Assembly: GCF_004010195.1 (NCBI RefSeq)
Contig: NC_057756.1
Span: forward strand, 10,005,330-10,033,559
Length of the DNA: 28,230 nt
Direction: 5' to 3'
DNA from: Chiloscyllium plagiosum
Lineage: Eukaryota
Shown: positions 1 through 9,588 of the stretch, one piece after another
Numbering within the stretch: position 1 is the stretch's first letter
Layout of the letters: the number at the start of each line of letters is the position of its first letter
Made by a program: the position numbers and the translations under genes
Notes under the pieces: generated by a model
The model's database searches: none
The model's input: only the letters and a program-made list of their open reading frames with translations
Told to the model about the DNA's origin: nothing

Positions 1-88
1 GATCCTCTCATCAGAGTTGGACAATAAACAGGATTGCCAGTTGCAGCAACATACAAAGAATTATTAAAATAAAAGCAGCAGACAGTAC

Positions 89-290
89 CGTGGGTGTGAG
101 AGATTTCCGATTCCGCTCAATTGGAGCAAGGTTCGTTATTCTTCCTTTTGGATCCAGAGCTGAGAGAAATGTGTTAATGGTGGCTGATATACCAGCTCCC
201 TCCATTCCAAACAGCAAGATGTTTATATACTTCCCACATTCTCTGGGAGGCTGGTAGTCCAACAGATAGTCCCTCAGAGATTCCAGCTTT
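89..290 (-). CDS. IFI44/IFI44L-like protein, P-loop exon (KLESLRDYLLDYQPP...INILLFGMEGAGISATINTFLSAL...SLTPT); gene continues off the left edge
   Basis: Acceptor tttttggcAG (292-291), donor ACG|GTACTG (88-87). The LRxxLxxYxP...ILLxGxxGAG(K)SxxxNxxxS pattern is that of the IFI44-family P-loop domain as recalled. Paralog identity cannot be assigned. Confidence 0.8.
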
Positions 291-386
291 CTGCCAAAAA
301 AATATAAGAAGGGTGTAAAAAGTTAAAATTGAAGTGCTTTTTGTTTACATAATTTATGAATTGATTTGGCTGGTCCAGAAACTCAC

Positions 387-432
387 CGTCGGTTGAAAAC
401 TGGACTGTGAACAGCATTATCATTCGAATAAG
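387..432 (-). CDS. IFI44/IFI44L-like protein, 46-nt internal exon (YSNDNAVHSPVFNR)
   Basis: Acceptor ctctttttatttcAG (AG 434-433), donor CG|GTGAGT (GT 386-385); open frame, phases compatible with both neighbours; flanking introns 82 and 96 nt. Confidence 0.8.
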
Positions 433-514
433 CTGAAATAAAAAGAGAATGTATTAAATTATTTAGTTTAAAATACGAGTATAGAATCAGAGAACCACAA
501 AATTATTGACTTAC

Positions 515-524
515 AGCTTCCCAT
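515..524 (-). CDS. IFI44/IFI44L-like protein, first coding exon (ATG GGA AGC T)
   Basis: Minus-strand ATG at 524-522 in strong Kozak context (gacATGG); donor T|GTAAGT at 514-509; phase 1 joins in frame to exon 432-387, giving MGSSYS. Confidence 0.7.
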
Positions 525-555
525 GTCTGGACTCAGCCCAGGTACAAACTCTAAT

Positions 556-815
556 CTGTGAAACAGAAACGACCTAAGGCGGGTTTGGAAATTCCGGACT
601 CTGCCTCTTGCTTCTGCTCAGCGATGGATTTGGTGACAGAAAGAGAACTTGCTCAGCAGGAAGATGGTTTAATTCTTATATATTTATTCTTTCATTGCCG
701 TTCCTCAGCACCTTTAAGCTGTAAGTCTCCAACATTAATGAATGAAAATGCTATTCTCTTTTGCATGATATTTGCTTTGCCCTCATGTCGGAAACAAAGG
801 GCTGGAATTTTCCAT
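556..815 (-). promoter_or_regulatory. Putative interferon/NF-kB-responsive promoter of the IFI44-like gene
   Basis: ISRE GAAACAGAAAC 560-570; GC-box-like aggcggg 577-583; kB-type GGAAATTCC 587-595 and GGAATTTTCC 804-813; all within 300 bp of the ATG of a member of an interferon-stimulated family. Confidence 0.55.
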
Positions 816-1099
816 TCGAGTTGTGAACCAAATTGTCTGAGGTAAGACATGATTAACCCTCCCAAGACTTTAACATTATTCCTAAATACCCAGAATTGTC
901 AGCACTGTCCAGCTGACCCCTAACCAATGAATTGAAGCTCTATGGTAATGTGCAAATGTCCCTTTGTAGAAAATGGATAGACTGTGTCAAATACAAAGAA
1001 ATTTCTTCAAGGTGGGTATACATCTGCTGCTCTCTCGGACAGGATTTCTGATTTAATCTTTCTTTTTGTTCACCATCATTACTTTCATTTTCTCTGCTG

Positions 1100-1420
1100 G
1101 GTTTTGACACAGCCTAACCATTTTCTCATATTCTTAGCCCTCATTATTATTTATTCAGCTTCTTTTCAGTCCTGGCTTACTCTCAATAATCCTCTTGTCT
1201 GCCTGCTCTGGAATCTGTCTCCATCTATCCCCTCACCTCTCCCCCACATCCACCCACAACAATCTCATCTTCGCTGTAAATATTATATTTTCGTAACTGC
1301 TGTCTGTTCTGATGAAGAGACACCAGACTCAATACAGCTGTTCTTTCTCTCCACTGATGCTGCTAGATCTGCTGAGTTTCTCCAGCAAATTTTCTTTTTG
1401 TTTTAGAATCTCCAGCATTT
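1100..1420 (+). mobile_element. Penelope-like element 3' terminal region, degenerate
   Basis: Pyrimidine-rich UTR, then ctgatgaagag (1309) ...gatgctgctagatctgctgagtttctccagc, similar to PLE termini at 11800, 21700 and 26630. Confidence 0.6.
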
Positions 1421-1832
1421 GGGAATGGAGGATTTGAGTTACAAGGAGAGGCTGGATAGGCTGGAACATTATTCACTGGAACATAGGAGCTGAAGGGTAT
1501 AGATAAGATGATTGGCACAAGTCTTTTCCCTAAGGTGGGGCTTTCAAAACGAGGGAGCATATTTTTAAGGTGAGAGGAGAAAGATTTTAAAAAGACACGA
1601 GGGGAGTTTTATTTTTCTCTCAGAGAGTGGTTCATATGTGGAATGAACTTCCAGAGTAGATGCTGTTACAGTTACAACGTTTAAAAGACATTCCAACAAG
1701 TACATGATTAAGAAATATTTTGGGGGAAATGGGCCAAGGACAGGCAGGTGGGACTAGTTTAGTTTGGGATGATGGTTGGCACAGACTGCTTGAACTAAAA
1801 AGGTTGTTTCAGTACTGTATGACTCAATGACT
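1421..1832 (+). mobile_element. CR1 LINE 3' fragment with internal deletion
   Basis: Degenerate LSYKERLDRL...WNELP...FKRH motifs and tail gtactgtatgactcaatgact. Confidence 0.85.
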
Positions 1833-1837
1833 TTACC

Positions 1838-1966
1838 CTTCCTGAAGAAGGGCCTGTGCCCGAAACGTCGAATCTCCTGTTCCCTGGATGCTGCCTGACC
1901 TGCTGTGCTGTTCCAGCAATAAAGTTTCAACTTTGATCTCCAGCATCTGCAGACCTCACTTTCTCC
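1838..1966 (+). mobile_element. Penelope-like terminal repeat (young family)
   Basis: Near-identical to 19565-19670; begins with a hammerhead core. Confidence 0.75.
1839..1872 (+). ncRNA. Minimal type I hammerhead ribozyme motif (PLE-associated)
   Basis: ttc-CTGAAGA(1842-1848)-A-GGGC ctgt GCCC-GAAAC-GTC(1867-1869)-gaa: intact core, 4-bp stem II, palindromic ACGT stem III, 3-bp stem I. Confidence 0.7.
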
Positions 1967-1984
1967 TTCCCCCACCTCCAACAC

Positions 1985-2440
1985 TCTCCATCCACCTGCA
2001 CCTTCCCTCTGACCTTTTACCTGCAATTGACTTGTTTATTGAGAATTGTCAATGTCATATCGGTCATCTGAATTTCTCTGCCCCCACCCCTCACCCATTG
2101 AAACCTAACTCCCTCTGAACTGAAGGGGCTCCATGCTCTCAGCTCCAAACATGGCTTTATCATCAAGCCTGCCCACAAGATTGATGCTGGTGTTGTCTGG
2201 CGGACTAATCTCTACATTGTTGAGGTCAGCACCAGCTCTCAGATACCATCTCCTATCTCCTCCTGGATATGACCCCACCATTCAGCATCAGGCAATTGTG
2301 TCCATCACCATCAGCAATCTCATCTCATCTCCCTTAGACAGCCTTGTAGCTCATAGTCCCCTCACCCTGTACAGTCTGCTTCTACTTTCTCCCCAGCTTC
2401 CATAATCAGGACTGTCCAGACAGACCCATTGTTTCTGCCT
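1985..2440 (+). mobile_element. Penelope-like element ORF fragment (N-terminal part of RT), decayed
   Basis: Frameshifted DLFIENC...IKPA(D)K..A.VVWRTxLY...DPTxQHQAIV...HNQDCPxRPIVSA, matching PLE IKPADKG and PKIHK..PGRPIVS motifs. Confidence 0.8.
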
Positions 2441-2733
2441 GAGGTGGGCACGACAGGGAGTGGAGTGTATTATTTCTCCCTCCAATTCTATTTTGATTTA
2501 ATCCCCCTTCACTGTTTGATCTCGCAGCATTACACTCTAAAAAGGGCACTGCTTGTCGTTGGCCACTTGGGTGTTTCTTTTCCTCCTGGTGATGGAAATT
2601 GAATAAAGATTTGTACACCTTGTGTCTTTCACTGTGTCCCATACCTGCACACACATGACAAGGATGCTGGGGAAAATACAAGCACTACCACAGTTCGGCG
2701 GTAGTGTGGGACAAAAAGAAAGAAAGAAAAAGA
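2441..2733 (+). mobile_element. Tx1/L1-clade LINE 3' end, copy A
   Basis: RWA.QGVECIISPSNSILI* (stop 2499-2501), AATAAA, terminal hairpin and A-rich tail; homologous to copies B-D. Confidence 0.7.
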
Positions 2734-2898
2734 ACAGGAGTGTCAGACATTCTGAAATAAAAACGAAAAAAAAACACATGACAAGGATGCTGGGGAAAAT
2801 ACAAGCACTACCACAGTTCGGCGGTAGTGTGGGACAAAAAAAAGAAAAAGAAAAAAGAACAGGAGTGTCAGACATTCTGAAATAAAAACGAAAAAAAA
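2651..2898 (+). repeat. Near-perfect ~123-bp tandem duplication of a Tx1 tail plus target motif
   Basis: acacatgacaaggatgctgg...cattctgaaataaaaacg starts at 2651 and 2774; differences lie in the A-tracts. Confidence 0.9.
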
Positions 2899-3272
2899 GT
2901 CAACGATTGTGTTTCACTCTGAGAGCTGACTCTGAGAGTGTTGGATCAGTGTGGAGAGAAGGACTCTGCTCTTTTTCCTGTGTTAAAAGAGGAGAGGAGA
3001 TTGATTCTGTTTTTGTCTTCCCATTGAGGAGGAAGAGTTTATTTCGAAGTTTTTTGTTTCTTCTTTATTGTTGTTGTGATTGTTTGTTTTCTGGCTTTTC
3101 TTTTTTGCTCACTTGAAGCTGTGCTCAACTGCACAGGCAGCTACTACCATCACTGCTGCTGCTACAAGCTTGGGCCTGCTCCGAATACTGGAGCCTGGAC
3201 CTTGCCTGCACCACTGTTGCTGCCCGGGCCTACCTACAAAATAAAATAAAATAAATAAATAAACAGGAGTGG

Positions 3273-3745
3273 TTCCTGTACAGAGAATGGTGGTCGGGGG
3301 TGTAGGTTAGAGGACCTTCTTCTGGGTGTGCTCCTGGGCCTGGCCATAAACAGGTCCAGGCAGCAGGCCATGGAGGGGCTCATCAGGGCTTGTTGCCTGC
3401 CCCTTTTCCGCAGCTACGTCCGAGCCCGGAGTTCACTGGAGGAGGAGCACGCGGTGTCTACCAACACCCTCGAGCTGTTCAGGGAGAGGTGGGCACTGCA
3501 GGGAGTGGAGTGTCTTATTTTCCCGTCTGACTCTATTTTGATTTAATCCCTGCCTTCCCCTTCACCTTTTTAATCACTCAATATTGCCCTTTGATGAGAA
3601 GGGTATTGCCTGTCACTGGCCACCCTGGTGTTTTCTTTCTTCCTGGTGGTGGGAATTGAATAAAGATTTGTCCATCTGTTGTCTCTCACTGTGTCTCACA
3701 CCTGCACACACAACATGGGTGCTGGGGAAAATACAAGCACAAACA
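3273..3745 (+). mobile_element. Tx1/L1-clade LINE 3' end, copy B
   Basis: ORF 3328-3546 LLGLAINRSRQQAMEG...CLPLFRSYVRAR.SLEEEHAVSTNTLELFRERWA resembles the Tx1 ORF2 C-terminus; followed by the 3' UTR. Confidence 0.75.
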
Positions 3746-3879
3746 AATATAACCAAGTGATTTAGAATCTCCTCAGTTAAGGGGACTGACCCTGTAAAAG
3801 AAAAAAATATTAACAGGTGATTTAGGATCTCCTTGGTTTAGCAGACTGACTCTGTAAAGAAAGAAATACCAGGAGTGTC

Positions 3880-4512
3880 CCTGGTGCGGAGGGGGAGGGT
3901 AGGTCAGAGGACCTCCTCGTGAGTCTGCTCCTGGGCCTGGCCAAACTGGCCATAAACAGGTTCAGGCAGCGGGCTGTGGAGGGGGTCATTAGGGCCAATT
4001 GCCTGCCCCTCTTCCGCGTTTATGTCAGAGCCCAGGTGTCCCTGGAGAAGGAACACGCAGTGTCCACCAACATCCTCGAGCTGTTCAGGGAGAGGTGAGC
4101 ACCACAAGGTGTGGAGTGTCTTATTTCCCCCTCCAACTATATTTTGATTTAATCCCTGCCCTCCTCTTCACTGTTTGATCACGCAGCATTGCCCTCTGAG
4201 AAGGGCACTGCTTGTCACTAGCCACTCAGGTGTTTCCTTTCTTCCTGGTGGTAAAATATAAATAAAGATTTCCAAACTTTTGATTTAATCCCTGCCCTCC
4301 TCTTCACTGTTTGATCACGCAGCATTGCCCTCTGAGAAGGGCACTGCTTGTCACTAGCCACTCAGGTGTTTCCTTTCTCCCTGTGGTAAAATATAAATAA
4401 AGATTTCCAAACTTGTTGTTCTTCACTGTGTCTGACACCTGCACACACATGACATGGGTGCTGGGGGAAAGTAAGTACTGCTGCTGTCAGGTGGTAGTGT
4501 GGGGGAGTGGGG
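3880..4512 (+). mobile_element. Tx1/L1-clade LINE 3' end, copy C, with probable TSD
   Basis: Same ORF2 C-terminus; flanked by aaataccaggagtgtc (3864-3879) and aaataaacaggagtgtc (4513-4529). Confidence 0.75.
4142..4413 (+). repeat. ~136-bp tandem duplication inside the Tx1 copy C 3' UTR
   Basis: ttttgatttaatccctgccctcc...aataaagatttccaaac at 4142 and 4278, almost identical. Confidence 0.9.
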
Positions 4513-4662
4513 AAATAAACAGGAGTGTCAGAGGTTCTGTTCATTCAGAGCTGGATCAATGAGTGAAGGACTCTCCACTTTTCTGTGTTAACGAGGAGAG
4601 GAAACTGGCTGACTGACTTCTGAACAGCCTGGATGAAAGAGAAAAATATAAACAGGAGTGTC

Positions 4663-5160
4663 CCCAGTGCAGAGGGGAGAAGGGTAGGTCAGAGGACCAC
4701 CTCGTGGGTCTTCTCCTGGGCCTGGCCATAAACAGGTCCAGGGCAGCGGGCCGTGGAGGGGGTCATTATAGCCTGCCCCTCGTCTGCGGCTACATCTGAG
4801 CCCGGGTGTCCCTGGAGAAGGTAGCACATGGTGTCCACAAACACCTTTAAGATTTTCAGGGAGAGATGGGCATCACGGGGAGTGAAGTGTCTTATTTCAC
4901 CCTCCAACTCTATTTTGATTAATCTCTGCCCTCTCCTTCACTTTTTGATCACGCAGCATTGCCCTTTGATGAGAAGGGCACTGCTTCTCACTGGCTACTC
5001 GGGTGTTTCCTTTTTTCCTGGTAGTGGAATATAAATAAAGATTTATGTTCTTGTTTTTCACTGTGTCCTATACCTGTACACATATGACATTGATGTTGGG
5101 GAAAAATAAGCAGAAAATAGCGTGGGGAGGGAAAGAAAAAAAAACGAGTCAGAGAAAAAG
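4663..5160 (+). mobile_element. Tx1/L1-clade LINE 3' end, copy D, with probable TSD
   Basis: VSTNTFKIFRERWASRGVKCLISPSNSILI; flanked by ataaacaggagtgtc (4648-4662) and ataaactggagtgtc (5163-5177). Confidence 0.75.
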
Positions 5161-5657
5161 AAATAAACTGGAGTGTCAGAGGTTCTGATCACTCTGAGAG
5201 CTGGCTGTGAGGGAGCTGGATCAGTGTCAAGGACTCTTAATTTGTGTCAGGGAGGACCACATCCTGTGTGTACTGCTCCTGTTGGTTTCTGTTTGTTTTT
5301 GGAGGAAACCTGATTCCTGAACTGGCCTGAATTATATCGTCAGTTTGTTAACTGTATTTCTTTTTATTGAGGACTGATTTTTAAACTGCCTGATCTACAC
5401 AGTCAATGTGTTTCAGATATAATTCAGTTCTCATTAGGGAACTGTTATTTCACTGGCTGGTTATAGGCTGTATGTTACTCTTTTACTTTGAGAAAAGGAC
5501 CATGCTGATTTTGTGGCAGGGCTTAGCCCTTGCATTCTGGTTTTCTTTTTTTTGAATGTGTTTTCACTCTTTTGGTGTTTGGACTGAACTGCTGTGAGAA
5601 AATATATCTTTCCAGATGAGCCGGCCCTCTATGGGTAGGCTTGGCCCTTCGTGAGTT

Positions 5658-5970
5658 ACCAGGCCTCTGTAAAGACTGAACACCTGTGTGTGTGCTGAGA
5701 GGTGAGCAATTGCATCCTGGAGTGGACCAACAACAGTGAGTTAACTGCACCTTTGCAATGTACTGTGTTCCTGTGAGTAAGCCTGGTCCTTTGTGGATGG
5801 ACCAGGCCTCTGTGGAGACTGAACACCTGCATGTGTGGTGTGGACCAAACCCCTGAGAGTTAACTGCACCTTCACAATGTACTGTGTTCCTGTGAGTAGG
5901 CCTGGATCTCTAAAGATAAACCAGGCCCTATGGAGACTGAATACCTGTGTGTGTGCTGCAGGGTGTGCAT
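5658..5970 (+). repeat. Tandem repeat, ~2.3 units of 119-143 bp
   Basis: accaggcc....gactgaa.acctg recurs at 5658, 5801 and 5920; gagttaactgcacctt..caatgtactgtgttcctgtgagta occurs twice. Confidence 0.85.
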
Positions 5971-6059
5971 TTTTGCCTTCGGGAGTATCCTTTGAGGATT
6001 TTGTGAATTCTGTTAATGTATGTGGGTTTTGTAATTGTGTTTGAGTGCGGGCAAGAGTG

Positions 6060-6540
6060 GGTTATTCAGTATGTGGGGCAGCTGGGAGCTGGAGAGTCGA
6101 TGACCAGCCTGGGGGAAATTGAGTTGGGTGTGGATCTGTTAGTATGCAGGGTGGCTGGGGGCTAGGCAGCCAATATGCAGGCTGGGGGCCAGAGGTTCGA
6201 TGACCGGCCTGGAGGAAAGTGGGTAGGAGGAGCCTGTCAGTACAGGGGGTAGGCGGAGGCAGGCAAGTGATAGTGTCCTGGCAGGAAAGCCAGTATAGGG
6301 CAGGCTGGTCAGTACGTGGGGAGACTGAGCCAGGCGGCTGTCGGCAGCCTGTAGGAAGGTCGACCGGGGGAGGACGGGTCAGTACCCAGGGAGGCTGGGA
6401 GCCAGACAGCCAATGGCCAGTCCGTAGGAACGCTGGCCAGGAGAAAGGGTCAGTCAGTATGTGGGCGGTCGAGTGCTGGAAGGCCGTGATTGTCCTGCAG
6501 GAAGGCTAGCCTAGGATGGTCTGATCAGTATGTGGTACGG
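6060..6540 (+). repeat. G-rich degenerate tandem repeat
   Basis: Recurrent (g)tcagtay, ggctggg and tcgatgacc.gcctgg motifs at roughly 70-80 bp spacing. Confidence 0.6.
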
Positions 6541-6840
6541 ATGGGTGTCAGGTACATTTTTTATAGTTATATTGGGTCTGTGTTCGATGCACCTTTTTAT
6601 TTGATTGCATGGTCTTGTCTGTGTTTGTTACTGTTCTCTTTGTGATAAATGGGATTGGGATTTGAGCTTTGTCCTCAACTGGTTGAACAGTTGTCGCGGT
6701 GGTGGTGGGGAGGGGGTGGGGGGGGGGGTGGGATGTGTTTGGCTTTGCTGCCCTTCCCCCTGTATATTGTGGTTTTTCTGTGAACTGCTGTTTTAAATTG
6801 TTTATTGTCAACTGTATTTTGTACTGTTTAATAAAATCAA

Positions 6841-6969
6841 CAGCAGTTTCAGAAGGTTTCCCCAGTCTAGAGACCTGCTCTGAGCTGGCTGGTCACAGCG
6901 CATGTACAGTGCACATGTAAACAAAAGGCTCTTTGGTAATGGGATACCATCCTCTGTACAGTTATTTCA
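6841..6969 (+). mobile_element. LTR 3' fragment (probably Gypsy-type), degenerate
   Basis: tgtaaacaaaagg...ttggtaatgggataccatcctctgtacagttatttCA; related to 7180-7294 and to the target-flanking pieces at 2911, 4520 and 5168. Confidence 0.5.
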
Positions 6970-7179
6970 GTCTACTTAAGTTTAATTAGCAATAGTAATA
7001 CCATTGAATGTTCAGAGATGGCTAGACTTTCTCTGGTTGGAGATGGCACAAATGTTGTTTGCAATTTAAGGAATTATTCCTATTTGACATAGGGCTTCCT
7101 TTTCAAAATTGTGGAGGGTGAAGGTGGTTAGAAAAAAACTGGCAAAAGGTTCCAAATGAAAATTATGTGAAGAAGAACA

Positions 7180-7294
7180 ACAGGACGTTCAGGAGTCTCC
7201 TAGTTCTAGGCACTGGCTCAGAGACCGTGTCTTGTGTAGGTGTGAATAAAGGGTGACTTGGTGAATGAACACTGGCCTCTGTGCAGCTATTTAA
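7180..7294 (+). mobile_element. LTR 3' fragment, same family as 6841-6969
   Basis: gtgtgAATAAAgggtgacttggtga...ctggcctctgtgcagctattt. Confidence 0.5.
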
Positions 7295-7354
7295 ATTGCT
7301 TTAGCTAAACCTAGCATGAACATTTACGTCACTTGACTGAACTGTTTGAGTGGG

Positions 7355-7470
7355 CGAAAGTGAGTACTGCAGATGCTGGAGATCAGAGTCAAGAGTGTGA
7401 TGCTGGAAAAGCACAGCAGGTCAGGCAGCATCCGAGGAGCAGGAAAATCAATGTTTCGGGCAAAAGCCCA
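7355..7470 (-). mobile_element. Penelope-like terminal repeat, truncated within the hammerhead
   Basis: Reverse complement of the 1850-1966 family; keeps gggcttttgcccgaaac but lacks CTGANGA. Confidence 0.75.
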
Positions 7471-7547
7471 GAACTGTTCAAGAAATGACTTGAAAGCAAA
7501 CTTAACTATAAATATGGCTAGAAGTGAATTTGCCAAAGCAAAGATGA

Positions 7548-7745
7548 TTTTTTTTAATCCTTTGTGGGATGTGGGTATTGCTAGCTGATCAGCATTTATT
7601 ATCCATCCCTAATTGCCCCTTGAGAGGGTGATGGTGAACTGCCTTCTTGAACTGCTACAGTTCACCTGCTGTGGGTTGACCCACAATAACCTGAGGGAGG
7701 AAATTCCAGGGTTTTGACCCAGTGACAGTGAAGGAATTGTGATAT
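7548..7745 (-). mobile_element. CR1/L2-superclade LINE (second family) 3' end
   Basis: Minus strand reads WNxLP...FKKAVHHHPLKGN* then aataaatgct and an A tail; homologous to 14454-14765 and 25925-26320. Confidence 0.7.
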
Positions 7746-8526
7746 TGTTGGAGAAATTTGCCCAAGAAGTTAGAGATCACAAAGCACAGCTCAAAGTGAA
7801 ATTGACAAACAGTTAATTGCAAGTGATATCACTGGAAGAGAAAATGACTAGACTGACAGTCTGTACAGGTAGATCAGAATTTCTTTTCCCAGCTTTTATA
7901 ATAATGCTGCACAATCAGGCTGATTAAGAAATGTGGAAAATTCAAAGTATCTGGAAATGGAGTAATCTACTTACAAGAATGCTAATTGGAAAATAGTTAT
8001 CGGATGAATGTCCTGTTCCTTCATACAATGCAACATCCTAACAGTATTGAAGGTTCCATTCCTCTTCACAGGTAGATGTTAATGTCTCCTCTGAAGTGGT
8101 ATGGTGCTTCCATTGTCCTGTTCCTGGAGCATTTCCTTGCTGCTGCCTTTCTGTCTAATCTGCACTTTGTGTGGCTTTGGTATTGCTGGGTTGTGAAATT
8201 GCCCTTGGGGCTTTGAGATACCTGTGGTGCTCTGTCATTGTTAGTGGGAGCTTGAAGTGTATTCTCTTGTCTGCATGGGATATCTGATTTGGCTTGTGAA
8301 CTTGCTTGGGAATTCTGGGTGTTTTTTGACCAATTTTGCTTTTGTGGGCCTATCATGGGTTGGCAGGGGGGCAGATTTTTTCCCACAGATATATTTCCAC
8401 CTGACACCCATTCCTCGACTTACCTGGCACTCTGTAACACCCATTCAAGCAGGCATTAGGCACTCACAGACCCATAACCTCACATTTACCTTTGAGACAC
8501 ACACTGGAGAGCCGGTCTCAAAATAA

Positions 8527-9588
8527 TGTCCATGATTCTATACCTCTATGTTTCAGAATACGGCAGCTGACTGCTGTGAAAAGGGATGCAGTTAGCCTTT
8601 AGATATGCACCATGAGACAGCTATCAGAATGGAAGTGTGGCACTGCATTTCTGAAGGAATCCTGATTTGAACCTCCTCTCAGATAACGAGAGTTATTTTG
8701 TACATCAAGGACAGAATGGCAGTTGTGTGGAAGATATAGTTTTTTTAACAGTCAATAGTTTTAAATCCAGAGATTTGCAAGGATTGCTGAATGTTTTAAA
8801 AATCAAGTAACCTGACTTTCATTGTTAATATTGTCTGTCTGTCTGTCCAGCTGCTTGTCATTGAAGTTTAGCTTGCAGACAAACTGAAGCCAAATAGTTG
8901 AGATGGATTTTGGGTTGGCAACAGGAAGTGGATTGGTTTGTGGAATAGTGAGTAATTATCAGTGACAGTGGTCTCCAGCCTGCTCACCATGATGTGGTTG
9001 TCAGGTAGTTGAGCAGCTTGGACAAGACACAGAGAGAATGCAAACAGCAGGCCAGGTGCTGTCACTCATTGTTCTCTGCAATGTCACTCTAAGCCCGAAG
9101 AAATCAGTTTATCTTTCCTTCAGCAGTTACTGTAAGCTATAATTTTTAATTGACAAGTCAGAGACTTTTTATAGGTGAACCAACCACCCTGTGTCTCTTG
9201 CAAATCAATGACAGCATTCAGAAACAGAAGGTCAAGAAGCAACTCAAAAGATCTTGTGAGCAAAGACTCTGAACTTTTCCAGTGTCCCCTTTGTCCATGT
9301 GTGTTTTTTCTTTATTTATCTCTGTGTCTATCTGTGTAAGAGCCATTTAGTAATGGGTTTCAAGTTTAAATTTATTAGTTTACCTGTAGCTAGAATCTAA
9401 TGACCTATGATAAATATTAATTCTTGTTAAGTACAGAAACATGGTCAATGTTTTCTCACAACCTGGGTCTGAAAAATCAGGTAGTTTCAGGGTTTCACTT
9501 GTTTCTTTTAAAACCTTTTAACTTTTGTGATGACTCTGGGAATAATGTCGCTTGATTTCCACTGTCGCTATCCCAGCGAGTTGTGACA
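8527..9588 (+). mobile_element. Probable ~1.06-kb solo LTR
   Basis: TGTC...GACA termini, imperfect 4-bp TSD (ataa/atga), no coding capacity. Confidence 0.45.

Noticed and set aside
11..88. Hydrophobic C-terminus of ORF 11..262 as a transmembrane helix
   Set aside because: Lies past the GT donor at 88-87; most likely intronic read-through.
6708..6732. G-quadruplex-capable tract as a standalone feature
   Set aside because: Common in LINE 3' UTRs; no independent evidence of function.
7746..8043. Possible 298-bp solo LTR (TGTT...AACA, minus-strand TATAAAAG)
   Set aside because: TSD imperfect (atat/gtat) and the flanking LINE does not resume; insufficient support.
8066..8407. 113-aa Q/S/P-rich ORF, possibly gag-like
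   Set aside because: No recognisable motif; cannot be distinguished from a chance ORF.
8418..8429. gacttacctggc-type match to the U1 snRNA 5' end
   Set aside because: Only ~12 nt match, no U1 body; it is just a minus-strand CAG|GTAAGT donor consensus with no supportable exon.
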